Shown here: in pieces, positions 1 through 27,988 of the stretch
Layout of the letters: the number at the start of each line of letters is the position of its first letter
How positions within the stretch are numbered: the first letter of the stretch is position 1
Origin: Amoebidium appalachense
Taxonomy: Eukaryota > Protista > Ichthyosporea
Length of the DNA: 64,000 nt
Reading direction: 5' to 3'
Assembly (NCBI GenBank): GCA_963693365.1
Contig: CAVNZM010000006.1
Span: 5,807,264-5,871,263 of the forward strand
Program-made: the position numbers and the translations under genes
Notes under the pieces: generated by a model
What the model was told of the DNA's origin: nothing
Databases searched by the model: none
Seen by the model: the letters and a program-made list of their open reading frames with translations, nothing else

Positions 1-484
1 GGAGGAGCCCGAGCGAAAGCGTAGAAAAACGGGCTGCCAGTGATATTGGACATCATGAATCTGTTTTGGCAGCAGTTGAGGGGTGCACTTAAAGGACCGT
101 AGTTACATGACCTTGGGGAGTAAGAATCAACTTGTGCTTGTATATAACATGTTCGTAGATGTATACACACACCTTGTGGGGTGCTCAAACTAATATTAGT
201 ACTCTTTGTGTCCGTTGGTTGTATGCATTACAGTTCTCTTGGTTTGTACATACAGGGCCATGTGCGCCTTCTTTTTTTTTTTGGGGGGGGTCCTTGAGCA
301 CCGAAATAGTTCAACCCCAAGGCCGGAAAGCAAGGGCAATAAGACAAATTGAAATTGGTGGTGTGAACAGCAAGGCTCAAGAGTGCGAACCCTCTCCCCA
401 AACACACACACACGCACACAAATACACACAAACACACACGCGCGCGCACATGCTCACACACATGCACGCGAACACACTCACCAT

Positions 485-518
<34 letters not shown>

Positions 519-1033
519 AACACACACATGCGCACACACAACCCCCCCCCCCTCTCCTCCCCCCTTTCAACCCCTCTTAAAGTGACCTGTCGTAGGATGA
601 ACAGAGAACTTTACCATCGTATTGCCATGCAGCACGTGCACCTCCTTTTCAACGGTCGACACGCGTCGACGGAAAGTAAAAAGAAAAAACGTACACCTAG
701 AGGTATCCAAACCACTCCGCATTGTTTTTCCCCCTTCCGAATATAAGCCGCCAATATCGCGCTCCGGTATGGGCATGCATCTTTATGAACAAGTTGCATG
801 TCTGTGTATGTAGTCTTCACTTGAACTCCATAAGTTTGGTTCATGTTCTGGTTCCAAACAGCGGCCATAAAAGTCGGCATAGATGATGCAATATAGTCCA
901 ATCATATAGCGTAAAGTTGACATACTTACGCAAGTGTACACAGACCGACTGCTGGTGTTGGTCACTTTGCAAGCCAAGTTGGTGCGGCTACTCTCCAGAC
1001 CCTGTACATGTGTTTTTTTCTAAGGCAAGCCAT
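1..1033 (-). CDS. Possible divergent spliced gene fragment of unknown function, running off the left end
   Basis: Repeat-free segments with plausible splice signals (GTAAGT donor near 928, CAG acceptor near 849; open stretch [35 protein letters not shown]). No consistent start or frame could be built and there is no recognisable motif. Confidence 0.2.
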
Positions 1034-1108
1034 TTCACGCTGCCAGGTATTAGAAGAAACTTCACTTAGACAGGACAGCACACTGCGAGGCAGTGAGTAA
1101 CCGGCAAC

Positions 1109-13341
<12,233 letters not shown>

Positions 13342-13396
13342 TCTGAAATTTCCGGAAAAAACTCTTGATATATATATATGTGTGTGTGTGTGTGTG

Positions 13397-13427
<31 letters not shown>

Positions 13428-13560
13428 TTAAGTCTGCTTGCCCGTGTGACACACATCGTGCTTTGTCGTGTTTGTGGTCCAGTATAGTGGAGGAAGGCTG
13501 GAAGGAGGCAGGGATGGAGGGAACGTGTGTGTGTGTGTGTGAACATGTGGGTGTCTGGGT

Positions 13561-13595
<35 letters not shown>

Positions 13596-14098
13596 CGAGT
13601 AATGGTGTAGCTTGGTTGCGCTTACGAGAGCGCACTCACACGACGTTTTAATTCATTATTTCTTATAAGTTTGTTTGGTTGTTTGCTAGCATGTTTGTTT
13701 TTCTCTCCTCGTTTCGTATTACTTCCATTCAGTATGTCCAGTGTGTCCTTCAATACTCAAGTCGCCTAAGCTCGGTTTGTGTTCGTACCCAGTAGTGCAT
13801 GCATACCTTTTGTTGAGATTATCGGAGCGATGAATCACTAATTAGGTTAAGCTTTTCTTCCGGCATGGTGTTTTATGCAAAAGTCTATGTACATGTGGCA
13901 CAATGTTATGACTGCATGAGTCATTGTATGACTGGAGTTTCCTACCCGGATGTGTAACAAAAGTTACTCCACTAAATACCAAAACAAAATCTAAACCAAG
14001 GTCTTCCTCTAGAAACATGATCTCATCCTTAATCGCGCCGTGATCGTAGTCGCAAATCAAAATCTAAACCAAGATTTTCCTCTAGAAACATAACCCCT

Positions 14099-16395
<2,297 letters not shown>

Positions 16396-17229
16396 ATTTA
16401 CTGTTTGGCCTCCAAGATGAGGTGGAGTAAGAAAAGCCTTTTTTTGTGCCCTGTAAGGAAGGCTCTGTACAGCTTGATCAATGAGCTCAATTTCGAAAAA
16501 CAGAGCCGGCGACAGTGCAAGCTTAACGCGTGTATACAGCGTGACTGTATTACACTGTGTATAGCTACATATGACGTGGCGAGCTGCCTGCTACTACAGA
16601 TGACAAGGGGTGTTATACCTACTACAGCACTCACGTCGCCCACGCGAACACTACTGAGTATGTACTTGTGAGGCCGCGGCCTGGTCTGGCCTGGGATTCA
16701 AACACATGTTTCACCGGCTATCGTATCCCAAGACACCCGAGGTTTCGATCTCCTGATACCAGATTTATCATTAGGGACCACTCCTCCTCCCCCGGGGACT
16801 TATAACAGCTGGGGGAAAAACGGGTACCGGTGTCTGCTACACTGGCTGGCAATGTGAACACTTAAGACTTTTTGTTGAATTCTGTTGTTCGTCACACTGA
16901 ATATTTATATGATTTTCACACAATGTTCAGGTATCTCAGTATGCACTTGTTACTGGATAATTCGTGAAGTTTAAGTTTTATTACCTCCAAAGTATGCCGT
17001 GCATACCTGCATATCTTTCCGTTGAATAAAACCAGTCAAAAGAAAAAAGGGGAAAAAAAAAAGAAAAAGAAAAAGAAAGGAAAAAGAAAAGTGTTGGCGA
17101 ACTGCCTCGTTCACCTTGCTGTTATAATTATTGGTGCTATGTATGGTAATTGTTATTGTGTGAGGGCAGGTCTGTGTGCCTGTTGATGTGTACGGCTAGT
17201 AGAGGGTTTATGTGGTTGCAAATTTTTTA

Positions 17230-17285
<56 letters not shown>

Positions 17286-17749
17286 GGGGGGGATGATAAC
17301 TCCCCCAGGCTATCCCGTCTCACCCCCTCCCTCCATCCCTCCCCCCCCCCCCCCCCCCCCCCCCCCCAGGCTATCCTACGTCCAACCCCCCCCCCCCTCC
17401 CCTCCCTCCCCCCCCCCCCCCCCCCCCCCTCCCCCCGCCCCCCCCTCCCCCCCCCCCCCCAAAAAAAAAAAAAAAAAAAAGAAGAAGAAGAAGAAGAAGA
17501 AGAAGAAGAAGGAAAGAAAGAAGAAAGAAATAGAAAAACACACACGTCACACCCGAGTCACTGGCCACACATGTGTACACCTGGCCACATGAGCATTGAA
17601 CGAACGTGTAGAAGAAGGAGTCAATACATATAGGCTAAATAGGCCTAAGTGGTGGCACTGAAGGGAGTACGTAGGGGTGAGGCATGTGCGTGGCTTTTTT
17701 TTCCCCCTCGTTTTTTTTAAACTTTCTTTGGGGGAAGGGAGGGGCCCCT

Positions 17750-17787
<38 letters not shown>

Positions 17788-18577
17788 GGGGGGGGGGGGG
17801 GGAGGGCTGGCTGGCTCACAGGCTTTGAAAGTTTGTAAGCTGTAATGATACGTCACAGACACGTGAATGCCATATTCTGTATTCTTGTTCGTTACCTCGT
17901 ACCCGTGCATGTTCAGATGGCCTATCCCCGGGAGCTCCGGGACACATGTCATTTGGTTCGTGGGCGTCACATGTACAAGGGTTCGGGTTTTAAGGCTAAA
18001 GCTCTAAGACCGGCTAAATACAAACCGGTCTTCGGGTCATCTCTTACACTATATAGCTCTGTTTGACATAATTACCATCGAGAAGACGGGGAAAAAAAAA
18101 GGAAAAAAAGGTTTCCGTTCATGTCCCTCCGTTTTGTGTGTGTCTGATCAGGGTTGGATATTTTGACAGTTGCAATCATTGGCCGTCATAAGGCCCTTCA
18201 TACACATTTTTTCATACACAACAAACACGAACACGAACACGATAGAAAATGGAATCGTGTGTGCATGAATGTGGTCACGTGCTCTGGCACCAAAAAACCA
18301 GCCCCGGGCCCATGTAGGTGCCTGTTGTCCCGTCTACATACTGTCTGTTCTTTTCACAACCTCATACAAGTGTCACACTGTGAGGAAACGGTGTCAAAAT
18401 TGTTTTCTTCCCTTCTTTCTTTGCTTCTGTTTTGTTTTATAGCAACAACGAATTCGAAGGTTATTCTCATGTTGTAGGTCGTGATTAACCTAACATTTCC
18501 GCCAAAACAGTTTACCTATTTTTATATCTTTAGCCTACAGCTCCTCTTTATATGGATTCCACAGACACCCAAATTTA

Positions 18578-19589
18578 ATGGACACTCGAATGCGTTTGAA
18601 AAGGGGTGGTTCCACCCCACCCACCAGTAGAAAGGTCGGCGTGTTTTTCGGCACCTTTGACCCCCTTCACGCCAACCACCTCTCCATCATCCACCACGCA
18701 CTGTCCAACGGATTTGTAGAGCATGTTTTTCTTGTTCCCTCCACCCCAAACATCACCAAACCATTCGCCACACCACTCGATAAGCTCATCACGGGCATTT
18801 GCACGCGGATTGAAAACGAAGGGGAGATGCTGTGTGGACGGGTGTGGATTGTAATCCCTCAGGGGGAGAGGTGGGAAGAGACATGATTGGAGCACAGGGG
18901 GAGAGTTTGTACGATGACCATAAGCCGCATGAACGAAGCAGGGGAGAAGGTACGTGAGGGGAGCGTTTATATGGACGCGTGCGCTTCAGAATTCCCGTTT
19001 GTAATGCAGTTGGTGGGGAAGGGCAGAAAAGAAGCACCAGCGGGCTATAATTCGACTAACGAGAAGTCATGGGGATGTGTTTTGCTGTTGGGGGAGAATG
19101 AATATCAGCCGGAACACATCGTGGACTTGGAGAGAGAGTATGGGGTGGAGGTACGTGTATTCCCGAGGTTTGGATGTGTGTCTCCCCGTGGAAAGGGTGG
19201 AGAGGAGGAGGGCAAAATGGGAGAGGAAAATGATCACGGGAATACAGCTACAGGTACGCTCAGAAAGGCAATGTCAAAGCATTATTTCCCATTAGAAGCT
19301 CTCCACCCCTCCTCTCCCCCGCTTCCCCTCCCCTTCCCACCTATCCATCTTTCTCCATATGTCCCCTCTCCTCTTTCTCTTCGCTCCCTGGGGGTTTTCC
19401 TGGGGGGGCCGGGTAGGGTGGAGTGGGGGGTGGGGAAGGAGGAGGGGAAGGGAGAGATTATGAAGAGTCTTTGGTCTTATAATTTTTTTTTAGGACATCT
19501 CTTGCATCCCTCCCCCCCCCCCCCCCCCCCAATTCCTCTCTCCCCCCTCCCCCCCCTCCCCTGCACTGAGTCTTCTTCGTCTCCCCCCC

Positions 19590-19620
<31 letters not shown>

Positions 19621-19819
19621 AAAAAAAAAAAAAAAGGAAAAGGAAAAAGGAAAAGGTTAGGCAAAAAGATTCGATGAGGAAAAAAAACAAAATCGTAAAA
19701 AAAAAAAAAATCCAAAATACACCAACCCCCGTCACGAAATTCAACTGTATTTTCCTTCCCCCCCTCCCCCCCCCCCCCCCCCCCCCCCCCAAACAAACCA
19801 ACACACTATGCCCCCCCCC

Positions 19820-19850
<31 letters not shown>

Positions 19851-22800
19851 ACACACACGTGCCTGCACATACGTGCATGTGCATGATCTCCCTCTCCACA
19901 GGCCCAGGTATCCCTGAGGCTCTGCAACATCACGTCACATTTGCGCATAGACGTGCGTCCTCCTCTTACATTTTTACACCTCTATCCTGCCTCCCCGGTA
20001 CTAGATTATACTGATAAAATTGACTTCAAATTAAAAATGGTCACCAATTTGCAGGGACCAACACCCAATCAGCTCCACCGCTATCTGCCTAGCAACCATC
20101 GGCTCGCAGCCAATGATTTCTTCCAACCCCTCGACCTCCGACCCAATCACATCACCACTTTACACCAAGCGCCCCCCCCTCAAGAAGGGATTTGTTGTGG
20201 CGGTGGTGGGTGTGCCAGGGACAGGGAAGGCTACCCTCGCTCACTTTCTGTCTCAAGAGTTGGGCCTGGTGCACGTGAGGGTGGGAGACATTGTAAGGCG
20301 TTGGATTCTGCATGAGGTGAATATCCTCCTCCCCTCCCCCAAAACACCTTCCATTCCCTCGCTCTTCACCAACCAAGAGTACGAGCGCTGTGGTGGTACG
20401 TGTACTACCACAACCACCCTCCCTTTCTAAACAAACAAAAAACAGATAGTGCACACCCATGAAAACGAGTGCAAAAACCTGTACGTGGATGCCATCAAGG
20501 AATTTCTATAAGACGGGGGGAGAGGGAGGGGGGGGGGGGGGGGGCGGGGATACGGAGAAATATATTGAAGTTTGGAAAGGGTGGGGTGGGAGGCTCCTAT
20601 TGTCGCGCTGATAGTAATTACTTTTTTTTTTTTTTTTTTTTCCTAGAAGAGACTTGGCCAAGTTGGCATGGGGGCAACGGATGAAGTCCAAGGGATAGGG
20701 GAGGGCCTGGGTGGATTTGGAACCCAGCCAGGGGGTTTTCGTCGTCGAATTTTCTGACCCACTTCAACTTTCTCGATTTGGGAGCGAGATCGGGGACTGT
20801 GGTGACGTCATTGTGTACGTGACGTCATCTCACGACACGTGCTATGAGCGGCTCCAATCACGTGGCGAGAGAAATGATTTGGAGCCAATGAAAACGATGG
20901 ATGTGCCCGTGGGGTCAGAGGGGGTATTGGGAGAACTTCGTAACACACTACCGCAGCCATGGGGGAACGGCTACAATCTTCACCGTTTCGAATGAAACCC
21001 CACCAAAATCGGAGGAAATTTGGGAGAGAGATGAGTATATGGGCGAGGAAAAGTCAGTGTTGGGGGGGCCCAACCCGGCTGGAAATGCGAGGGGTTGGTG
21101 TGAATCGGTGCGAGAGTTGGTTTTGGTGGCTATCAAAACGAAGGGGAACGTGGTGGCGTCAAATGGGTGCTTTGACATCACTTATTCACTGTCCTCCAAG
21201 ACTTATGCCCACCACTATTCAAATAGCGGTATGTTGCATCCGTGGCGCCCCCCCCCCCCCCCCCCCCCCTCCCCATCCCCCCCCCTCCTCCCCCCCCCCC
21301 CACCCCTCTCCACCCCCTCCCCCCCCCCCCCCCCCCCCCCCCTTGCGTACTCCTCTCTCTCCATTTCCGCCTACTTCCTTTTTTCTCTCTTTCATCTTCA
21401 AATTCTCTTCTCCACAACAACAACAACCCCCCCCCCCCCCCACCCCACCCCCTCCGGGGATAGGGGGGTATGAGAGGTTACCACACCTCACATGTGACCT
21501 TGATAACATCCCTTCCCTCCCCCCTCCCCCCTCCGCCCCTCCCCGCTCGGGGTACCCTCCTCGGCCCTGTTCTCTTCATCTCAAAGAAATTTTACAACTC
21601 CCCCCCCCCCCCCATTTCTCACCGCTATCCCCCCTCCACTCTCCCCCCCCTCCCCCTTCCCCTTCGCTCTGTGCCTCTCTTCCACCCTGCTGTACCCCCC
21701 CCCCCCCCCCCTTCCCCCTCCATACATCTCATCCTCTTTTGCTCTTATCATTCCTCCTAAACTATTGTTTATTCATATATTCAACCACAAATAGTTTCCG
21801 TAAATTACATTTTACTGGAACTGATACAATGCGAATTTCGGAAATTCCGCAGGGACACTTAATGAACTCAAGAACATCCGCACCAGGTTCGAGAAACTTC
21901 CAGATTCAGTAGCTGCGGAAAGTTTGCAAGGTTACATATGCCCACCCCCCCCCCCCCCTCCCACCCCCTCCCCCCCCCCCGTCCCCCTCTTCCCTCGCCC
22001 CCTCCCCTCCCCCCCCTCCCCCCCCCTCCCCCCCCCCCCCCCCCCCCCCCCCCCGGCGCCCACCCCTCCCCACTCCCACGGAACATATCTCTGTCATGCA
22101 CCCTATTAGGATTCCCCATCCTTTTGTACCATCAGTGACTGTCTCCCCCTCCCCCCCCCTTTCCCTCCCCCCTCCCCCCCGCCCCTCCCTGGGCACCCTT
22201 CCCCCCCCTCCCCCCTCCCCCCCCCCTCCGCCCCCCTCCCCCCACCCCCCCCCCCCCAAAACACACCCAGCCTACAGAGAGAGAGACACACATGTCCCAC
22301 CCCACTCGTGTATTCCTTCGTTATCCTGCGCCACTAAGCGGAAACAAATGCTAATCGCTTTCACCATTCCTCTATATATATTTGCGCAATGGCATCACTG
22401 AGTCCGGTGAAGTCTACCCCCACCTCCTCCCCCGCCCCCAACCCCCCCCCCCCCCCCCCCCCGGCCCGCACCGTGAGCCACCGTTCCGTCCACTCTTTTG
22501 CTCTGCCCTTCTTTCCCGTTCCGCAATTCAAGAGTATTTCGTTGCAAGTTGTGGTTTTGTTGGGGCCCCCCTTCTTGCATCTCATTGTTAGCTATGTCAA
22601 ACATACAAACATTTCGTTTTTTCGTTTCTGTATTCCCGTCTTTCGTCCTAATTTATTTTCTTGCGCGCATTTTTTTTGGCCATCTTATCGTCCACATTCA
22701 AAAGGGGGGGGGGGGGGGGGGGGGGGGTCAACATTTCTGTGCTGTTGAAATCCCAAAAATCTCATATATATTTCGAGATTTAGAAGAGACCGGTGGGGCT

Positions 22801-22982
22801 GGCATCATGGATATTATGCTCTCTGTGTGAGTCTCTACCTATCTTGGCTAATCGTAATTACAACCCCCCTGAGGTTCCCGCTCCTGTTCCCACAATTTAA
22901 CCCTCCCCGTTCCCCCTCAACACCTGGCCCTCGCCCCCTCCCCCCCCCCCTCCCCCCCCCCCTCCCCCCCCTCCCCCCCCCC

Positions 22983-23046
<64 letters not shown>

Positions 23047-23268
23047 TGCACACTCGCGCGCACGCGCACGCGCACGCGCACGCGCACGCACAAAAAGCTC
23101 CCCTCCATACCTTTTGTCCAACCTCACCCTCCCCCTCCCCTCCCCCCGGACTCCCAGTTTCCCCCCTTCCTCCCGCCCTCCCCCCCCCATCCACCTCAAC
23201 ATGCACACCCAAACTCCCTCCTCTCCCCCCCCCCCCCCCACTACCACCACCACCACACACACACACAC

Positions 23269-23366
<98 letters not shown>

Positions 23367-26300
23367 CTACACTCAACCCTCCCTCCCTCCCCCTCCCCCC
23401 CCCCCCTCCCCGCCCCCGCCCCCTTTCCCTCCTCCGCCCCTCCATTTCCCCGTCCCACCACCCACCTCTTTTCACGCACACACACCGCACAGTGATGCTC
23501 CTATTTGATTCCAACTGGGACCACGGGATCATGCAGTTGTGTGCCTGCCAGCTACGCTCCAAAGGAATTCTTCTTACTTACGCCACGACTTCTTCCGAAT
23601 TGTCGACTGGTTATGCAGCAGCCGGAATAGACTATCCACCGGGGTTTATTTTTTGCCCCAACTGCACGAAATGGAGGGAGGAGTGTGAGGGATTTGGTGG
23701 TGTGGCGGGCAGTATACCTATACGGGATCGTGTTTGGTTGAGTTTAAGGGAAGAGGAGCGAGAGAAGAAGTGGGTGGATGCGTGTGCAGCCAGGCTGAAA
23801 AGGGTACGTAGTATCTGTTTGTGCGTGCGTGCGCGTGCATGCATGCATGCGTACGCGTGTGTGTCCGTGTGTGCGTGTGTGCGTGTAGGCGTGTGGGCGT
23901 GTGGGCGTTTGTGCATGTGGGCGTACTTGCGTGTTTGCGTGTGCTCGTGTACATGCGTGCGTGCTTTTGCGTGCATGCACGTGTATGTGCGTGCATTTTT
24001 GTGTACGTGGGTGTGCGTGTGATCATGCCTGCTTGTGGTCTGTGCAGGTGTGTGTACGTGTGTGTATCTCTTTCTCTCTGTGTGTGTGTACGGTGTGTGA
24101 CGTGGTATTGTGCTTGTTCGTAGGCATCATTGTTGTAAGCGGCGCCTATTCGTCGCATGTTTATTCCCCTCCTCCGCCCGGGGGGGGGGGGGGGGGGGGG
24201 GGGATTGGGGGGTGTGCATTGTAAAGTCGTCAAAGGCAGCCTTTGAAGCCACATAGACAGCAAATCGAGGGGCTTTGTTGTGTGGCTGCAGTTGTGTTTT
24301 GGTGGGAACACCGCGAGATGTGGGAAGAAACCCTCATTGCCCCTCCATGCTCATATAGACACACACAGAAAAACATATATGATAACTTCACGATGGACAC
24401 ACAAACACTGTGACACACACAAGCGCACTCACACAAACACAGACAAGCAGACACACGCACACATACACTCACACACACACAAATGCGCACAAGGCCGCGC
24501 AAAAGCAAACACCAGCTTGCTCAGAGTCTGTTGTTCTAACATATTTGTCTGTGCACACAGATTTCGACGCATGCAGAGAAGAACAGCATGCGTTCTATGG
24601 TCGTCTATTTTTCGACTCGGGACCATTTCTTCACCTCCAACCGGTATTTCTTCGATGCATTAAACCCCCTGTGGATCTCCCCACACGTCAGTTTGAGCGC
24701 AATTTTCGGTGACAGACATAATGCGAAACTACATCGAGCTACTCTTCCCACCGTCCCAGCACATCTATCTGTATGGACCCCCCCCACGCCGTGGAAACTC
24801 GCGCGACAACAACTATTATGCCACACGTTCACTTCTATATTCGCATCTACACTACGCACAGCTGGGTAGTTCGGGGAGTGGTCCGGTACTGTTGCAGGCA
24901 GCAAGGGGGGTTTTTCAAACGTGTCGGAAGGAGACCAAGGAGGTTTTTGAGGTGTGCCCCCCACGAGTCTTGGGGGAACCACGGGGCAATAGTCCCATGC
25001 CGCTGCCTGCCTTTTCTGCAAAAACCCCCCTCGCCCCCATTCACCTATCGAATTTCGATTCCTCACCAGTGTTGATTTGCCTGGGCATGGGGTCCAATCC
25101 AGACCCACGAAGTTTATTTTTGGTCGGTGGCGAGATTAAATATACGGAAACGACAATGGGGCGGGTGTGCTGAGGCGGATATGTGGCACTTCCATATATG
25201 GAAGGTGTCACGTGCTTGCTAATAGTCGACACCGATGCGGGGCGATTTGATTGGAGGATTCTTCATCCGACCGGAGCGCGATATCAATTCCGGCTCCTCG
25301 CGACACCCTCTTCCATGGCCGGGCCGTGCGTTTTTGCGTGTGTGCATTGTACCAGAAAACGTGGGTGATTCGGGACGTGCTGGTGTGGAACGGCCGGCGC
25401 GTGTGGGAGGCTACGAACATGGTCGAGCGGTTAAATTTGATTGGCCAAACGGAAATTCCTGTGACAGCCTCACCCAATCACCATGCATATACTTACAAAC
25501 CGACGGTACGCCTGTTACGCACGCCATTTGCCGCCCTTACGGCAGAAGGGTTCTTAGGGCCAAACGGGGTTGCTTCGTGGCCGCATATAATCAAGGCCCA
25601 GCCTCTAACCATCCAGAAATTTGAGTTTCTTTGGAGGGGCCCTTTTGTTCCGGCCACCCCTCGATCGCTGTGCTTCGTCTGGGAATGCCGGAAACGGAGA
25701 GCGGGAAAAGAGTGGAGGTGTGACAGGTGCAAAGCACCCATGTGGGGGGAGGCTGGATATTACATGGTAAGTTCAGTAGAGGTATGCTGGGCCTGTGCGC
25801 CAAGCAACTCAGCCCTCAACGGCAAAACGATTGCAACTGGCACGGAACAGACGAGAGCACGACAGATGAAAACGTCACTAAGTTATTCACCTCCTCGAAA
25901 CATATCCCCTGCAACCCTCGCATCACTTCTAATCGAATGTCACCGCAGTTCCACGGGGCTTTCATTGGATGTGCCCAACCCGTCGCCTAGCAACCGCCAA
26001 TGGGTGCATCCTTCCCGTCGCATGGAGTTTAGGGTGATGTACACTCGGATTATGGAGGCGGTGAGAGATGGGCGGATCGAGCGGGCTGTGGACAAGCCTA
26101 CCGGACTCGAGATTTTCAAAAACAATGATTCGGATATAGCGGATGAAATTTTACGTATTTGCAGGGGTCTGGTGTTGCACCCCCCCACGGAACGGTGGTT
26201 GCAACCCCATTCGTCCAATTTGGAGCAGAAACGTACGGCCTCGTGTTTTTGTCGGCGATCAGACCGGACGGGCTTGAAATCGATTATCGGCAGAGGGTAA

Positions 26301-27544
26301 AGGCGGCGAAGCGGATCAGTGTGCGCATCACACCTGCCTTTTATGGAAGTTTGGGGGATTTTCTCGAGCAATCAAAATGGGTGGATGCGTTTGCGTGGCC
26401 GAATATGGAGGGGTGGGTGGTGGAGCTTGAGGAGGGGAAACGTGTGAAAATAGTAACTCCGGCGTGGAAACCGGCAGGATCGGAAATGACGTTGCGGCTA
26501 AACCCCCTCGGAATTTGGCAGTATGTTGTGTGGGGGCAGGAAGGGCAGCTGACGGATTTTGTTTTCTTCCTTCCCACTCGATACCGGAGGCAAGCAGGTA
26601 GAATGGTGGGGGCTTTGAAAAGCCAATTAACGCGTCTGTTGAGTGATGTGCGGAGAGAGGTGATGAAGGGAACCTATGGGGGTCTGAAGAAACGTGGAGA
26701 AAATCGAGACTGCAAGGGTTATTATGATGATGACGGTTTGGTTGGACCGGGCAGGATTGAGGGAGATAGAAAGGAAAAGGAACGAACAGATGAGCGGGGT
26801 GATAGTCGGATAATGGAAATCGAGGCGGATAGTGGAGCAGGGACACCCTGTGTGGTGGGTAGCAAAAGAAAGGAGGGTGTGGTGTCTCTTGAGCCAAAAC
26901 AATACCACAAATTCTCTACACCGACCGTGTCCCTCACCCATACCAATCATTCGTCTGAGAGCAAAGGACTCGAGGTAATACCCGCACCCACATGCACCGC
27001 TACTCAAGCAAGGTCGCACAACGTTTTTCTCTCTCCCAGTCTGGCGGAGGGGAACAACAAGACCCACCCGAGTTCAGTCACCCACGGCCCTTTTGCCGCG
27101 GCGGTAGAGTTGGTGTTGTCAGGACGTGAGATACCAACCCATATTTGGCACACGTCACGTGATGTTGCCGAGGTAAGACGTCACATCCTCGAGGCCATCC
27201 GCCCAACCGACCAATCAATCCCCGGCTACGAACCTTCCGCTCGCTTCCGTCAGACACTGTGCAAGGGCTGGACGTCAAATCCGATTGCACCGATCGTCGA
27301 ATCAAACGGCAGTATTCTCCCCGATGATCTTCTCGTCGCCGTTTTTAATCGGCTGTGATCGAAGGATTTGAAATGGGTGCGATTGGTGTGCCGGGTGTGG
27401 TGTGGGGTGGTGGATGGGAGAGCGCGGCTGCGTGCACGGAGTAAGAAGCCATCCGGCTACCAATACTACATGAGGCATGGTAACGGCCAACCCGATGAAT
27501 GGAGCGAAGACTCAGATGACGACTATTACGAAATTCACTCTTGA
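18578..27544 (+). pseudogene. Disrupted multidomain gene: NMNAT/NadD-like nucleotidyltransferase + NMP (adenylate-type) kinase + unknown + possible 2H phosphoesterase + capping/ligase-type NTase + CxxC Zn ribbon + T4 Rnl1-like RNA ligase + F-box
   Basis: Phase-compatible GT-AG exons ~18578-19253, 19902-20316, 20647-21228, 23493-23803, 24561-27544. Motifs: GVFFGTFDPLHANH...SSSYI; VVGVPGTGKAT...VHVRVGDIVR...CYERLQSRG; PHVSL/AHLSV; YVALPYMEGVTCLLIV, DTLFHG, IRDVLVWNG...VERL; CDRC...CWAC; CRGLVLHP..GTVVATPFVQF, EGWVVELEEGKRVKI; LPDDLLVAVFNRL*SKDLKWVRLVCRVW. In-frame TGA at 18884, 25171 and 27356, and at least 6 frameshifts. Confidence 0.72.
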
Positions 27545-27789
27545 GTCGCTCCGCACGTTGCAAGGGTAGAGGTAAGGCTGTGTCTTGTACAATCCTATCG
27601 TTAACACACGCACCACCATGGTCAGTGAAAGGGGGTTTTTGCAACCCACACAGTGTACATGTACACACACACACACACACACACACACTTTTGCACATGG
27701 AAACACTTCACGCCGACAGACATGAGAAATGTCCTCGTATGTGCACGTTGCACACAGTGACCCCCCCCCCCCCCCCTCCCCCCACCACC

Positions 27790-27871
27790 AAAAAAAAAAA
27801 AAGAGAAAAAAAGAAGAGAGCGAGAGAAGGAGTGGATTAGAAAAACGGAACTTACTATATTCCCCCCCCCC

Positions 27872-27910
<39 letters not shown>

Positions 27911-27988
27911 CCAAAAAAAAAAAAAAAAAAAAGGAAAAAAAGAAGAGAGCGAGAGAAGGAGTGGATTAGAAAAACGGAACTTACTATA

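Noticed and set aside
22783-22826. Candidate extra exon of the multidomain gene (EETGGAGIMDIMLS)
   Set aside because: Its donor phase is incompatible with the acceptor at 23492, whereas 21228 joins 23493 directly in phase.
18884-27358. TGA as selenocysteine or a reassigned codon
   Set aside because: DRG2 and XPO4 terminate at TGA, the contexts are not redox motifs, no SECIS was recognised, and frameshifts co-occur.
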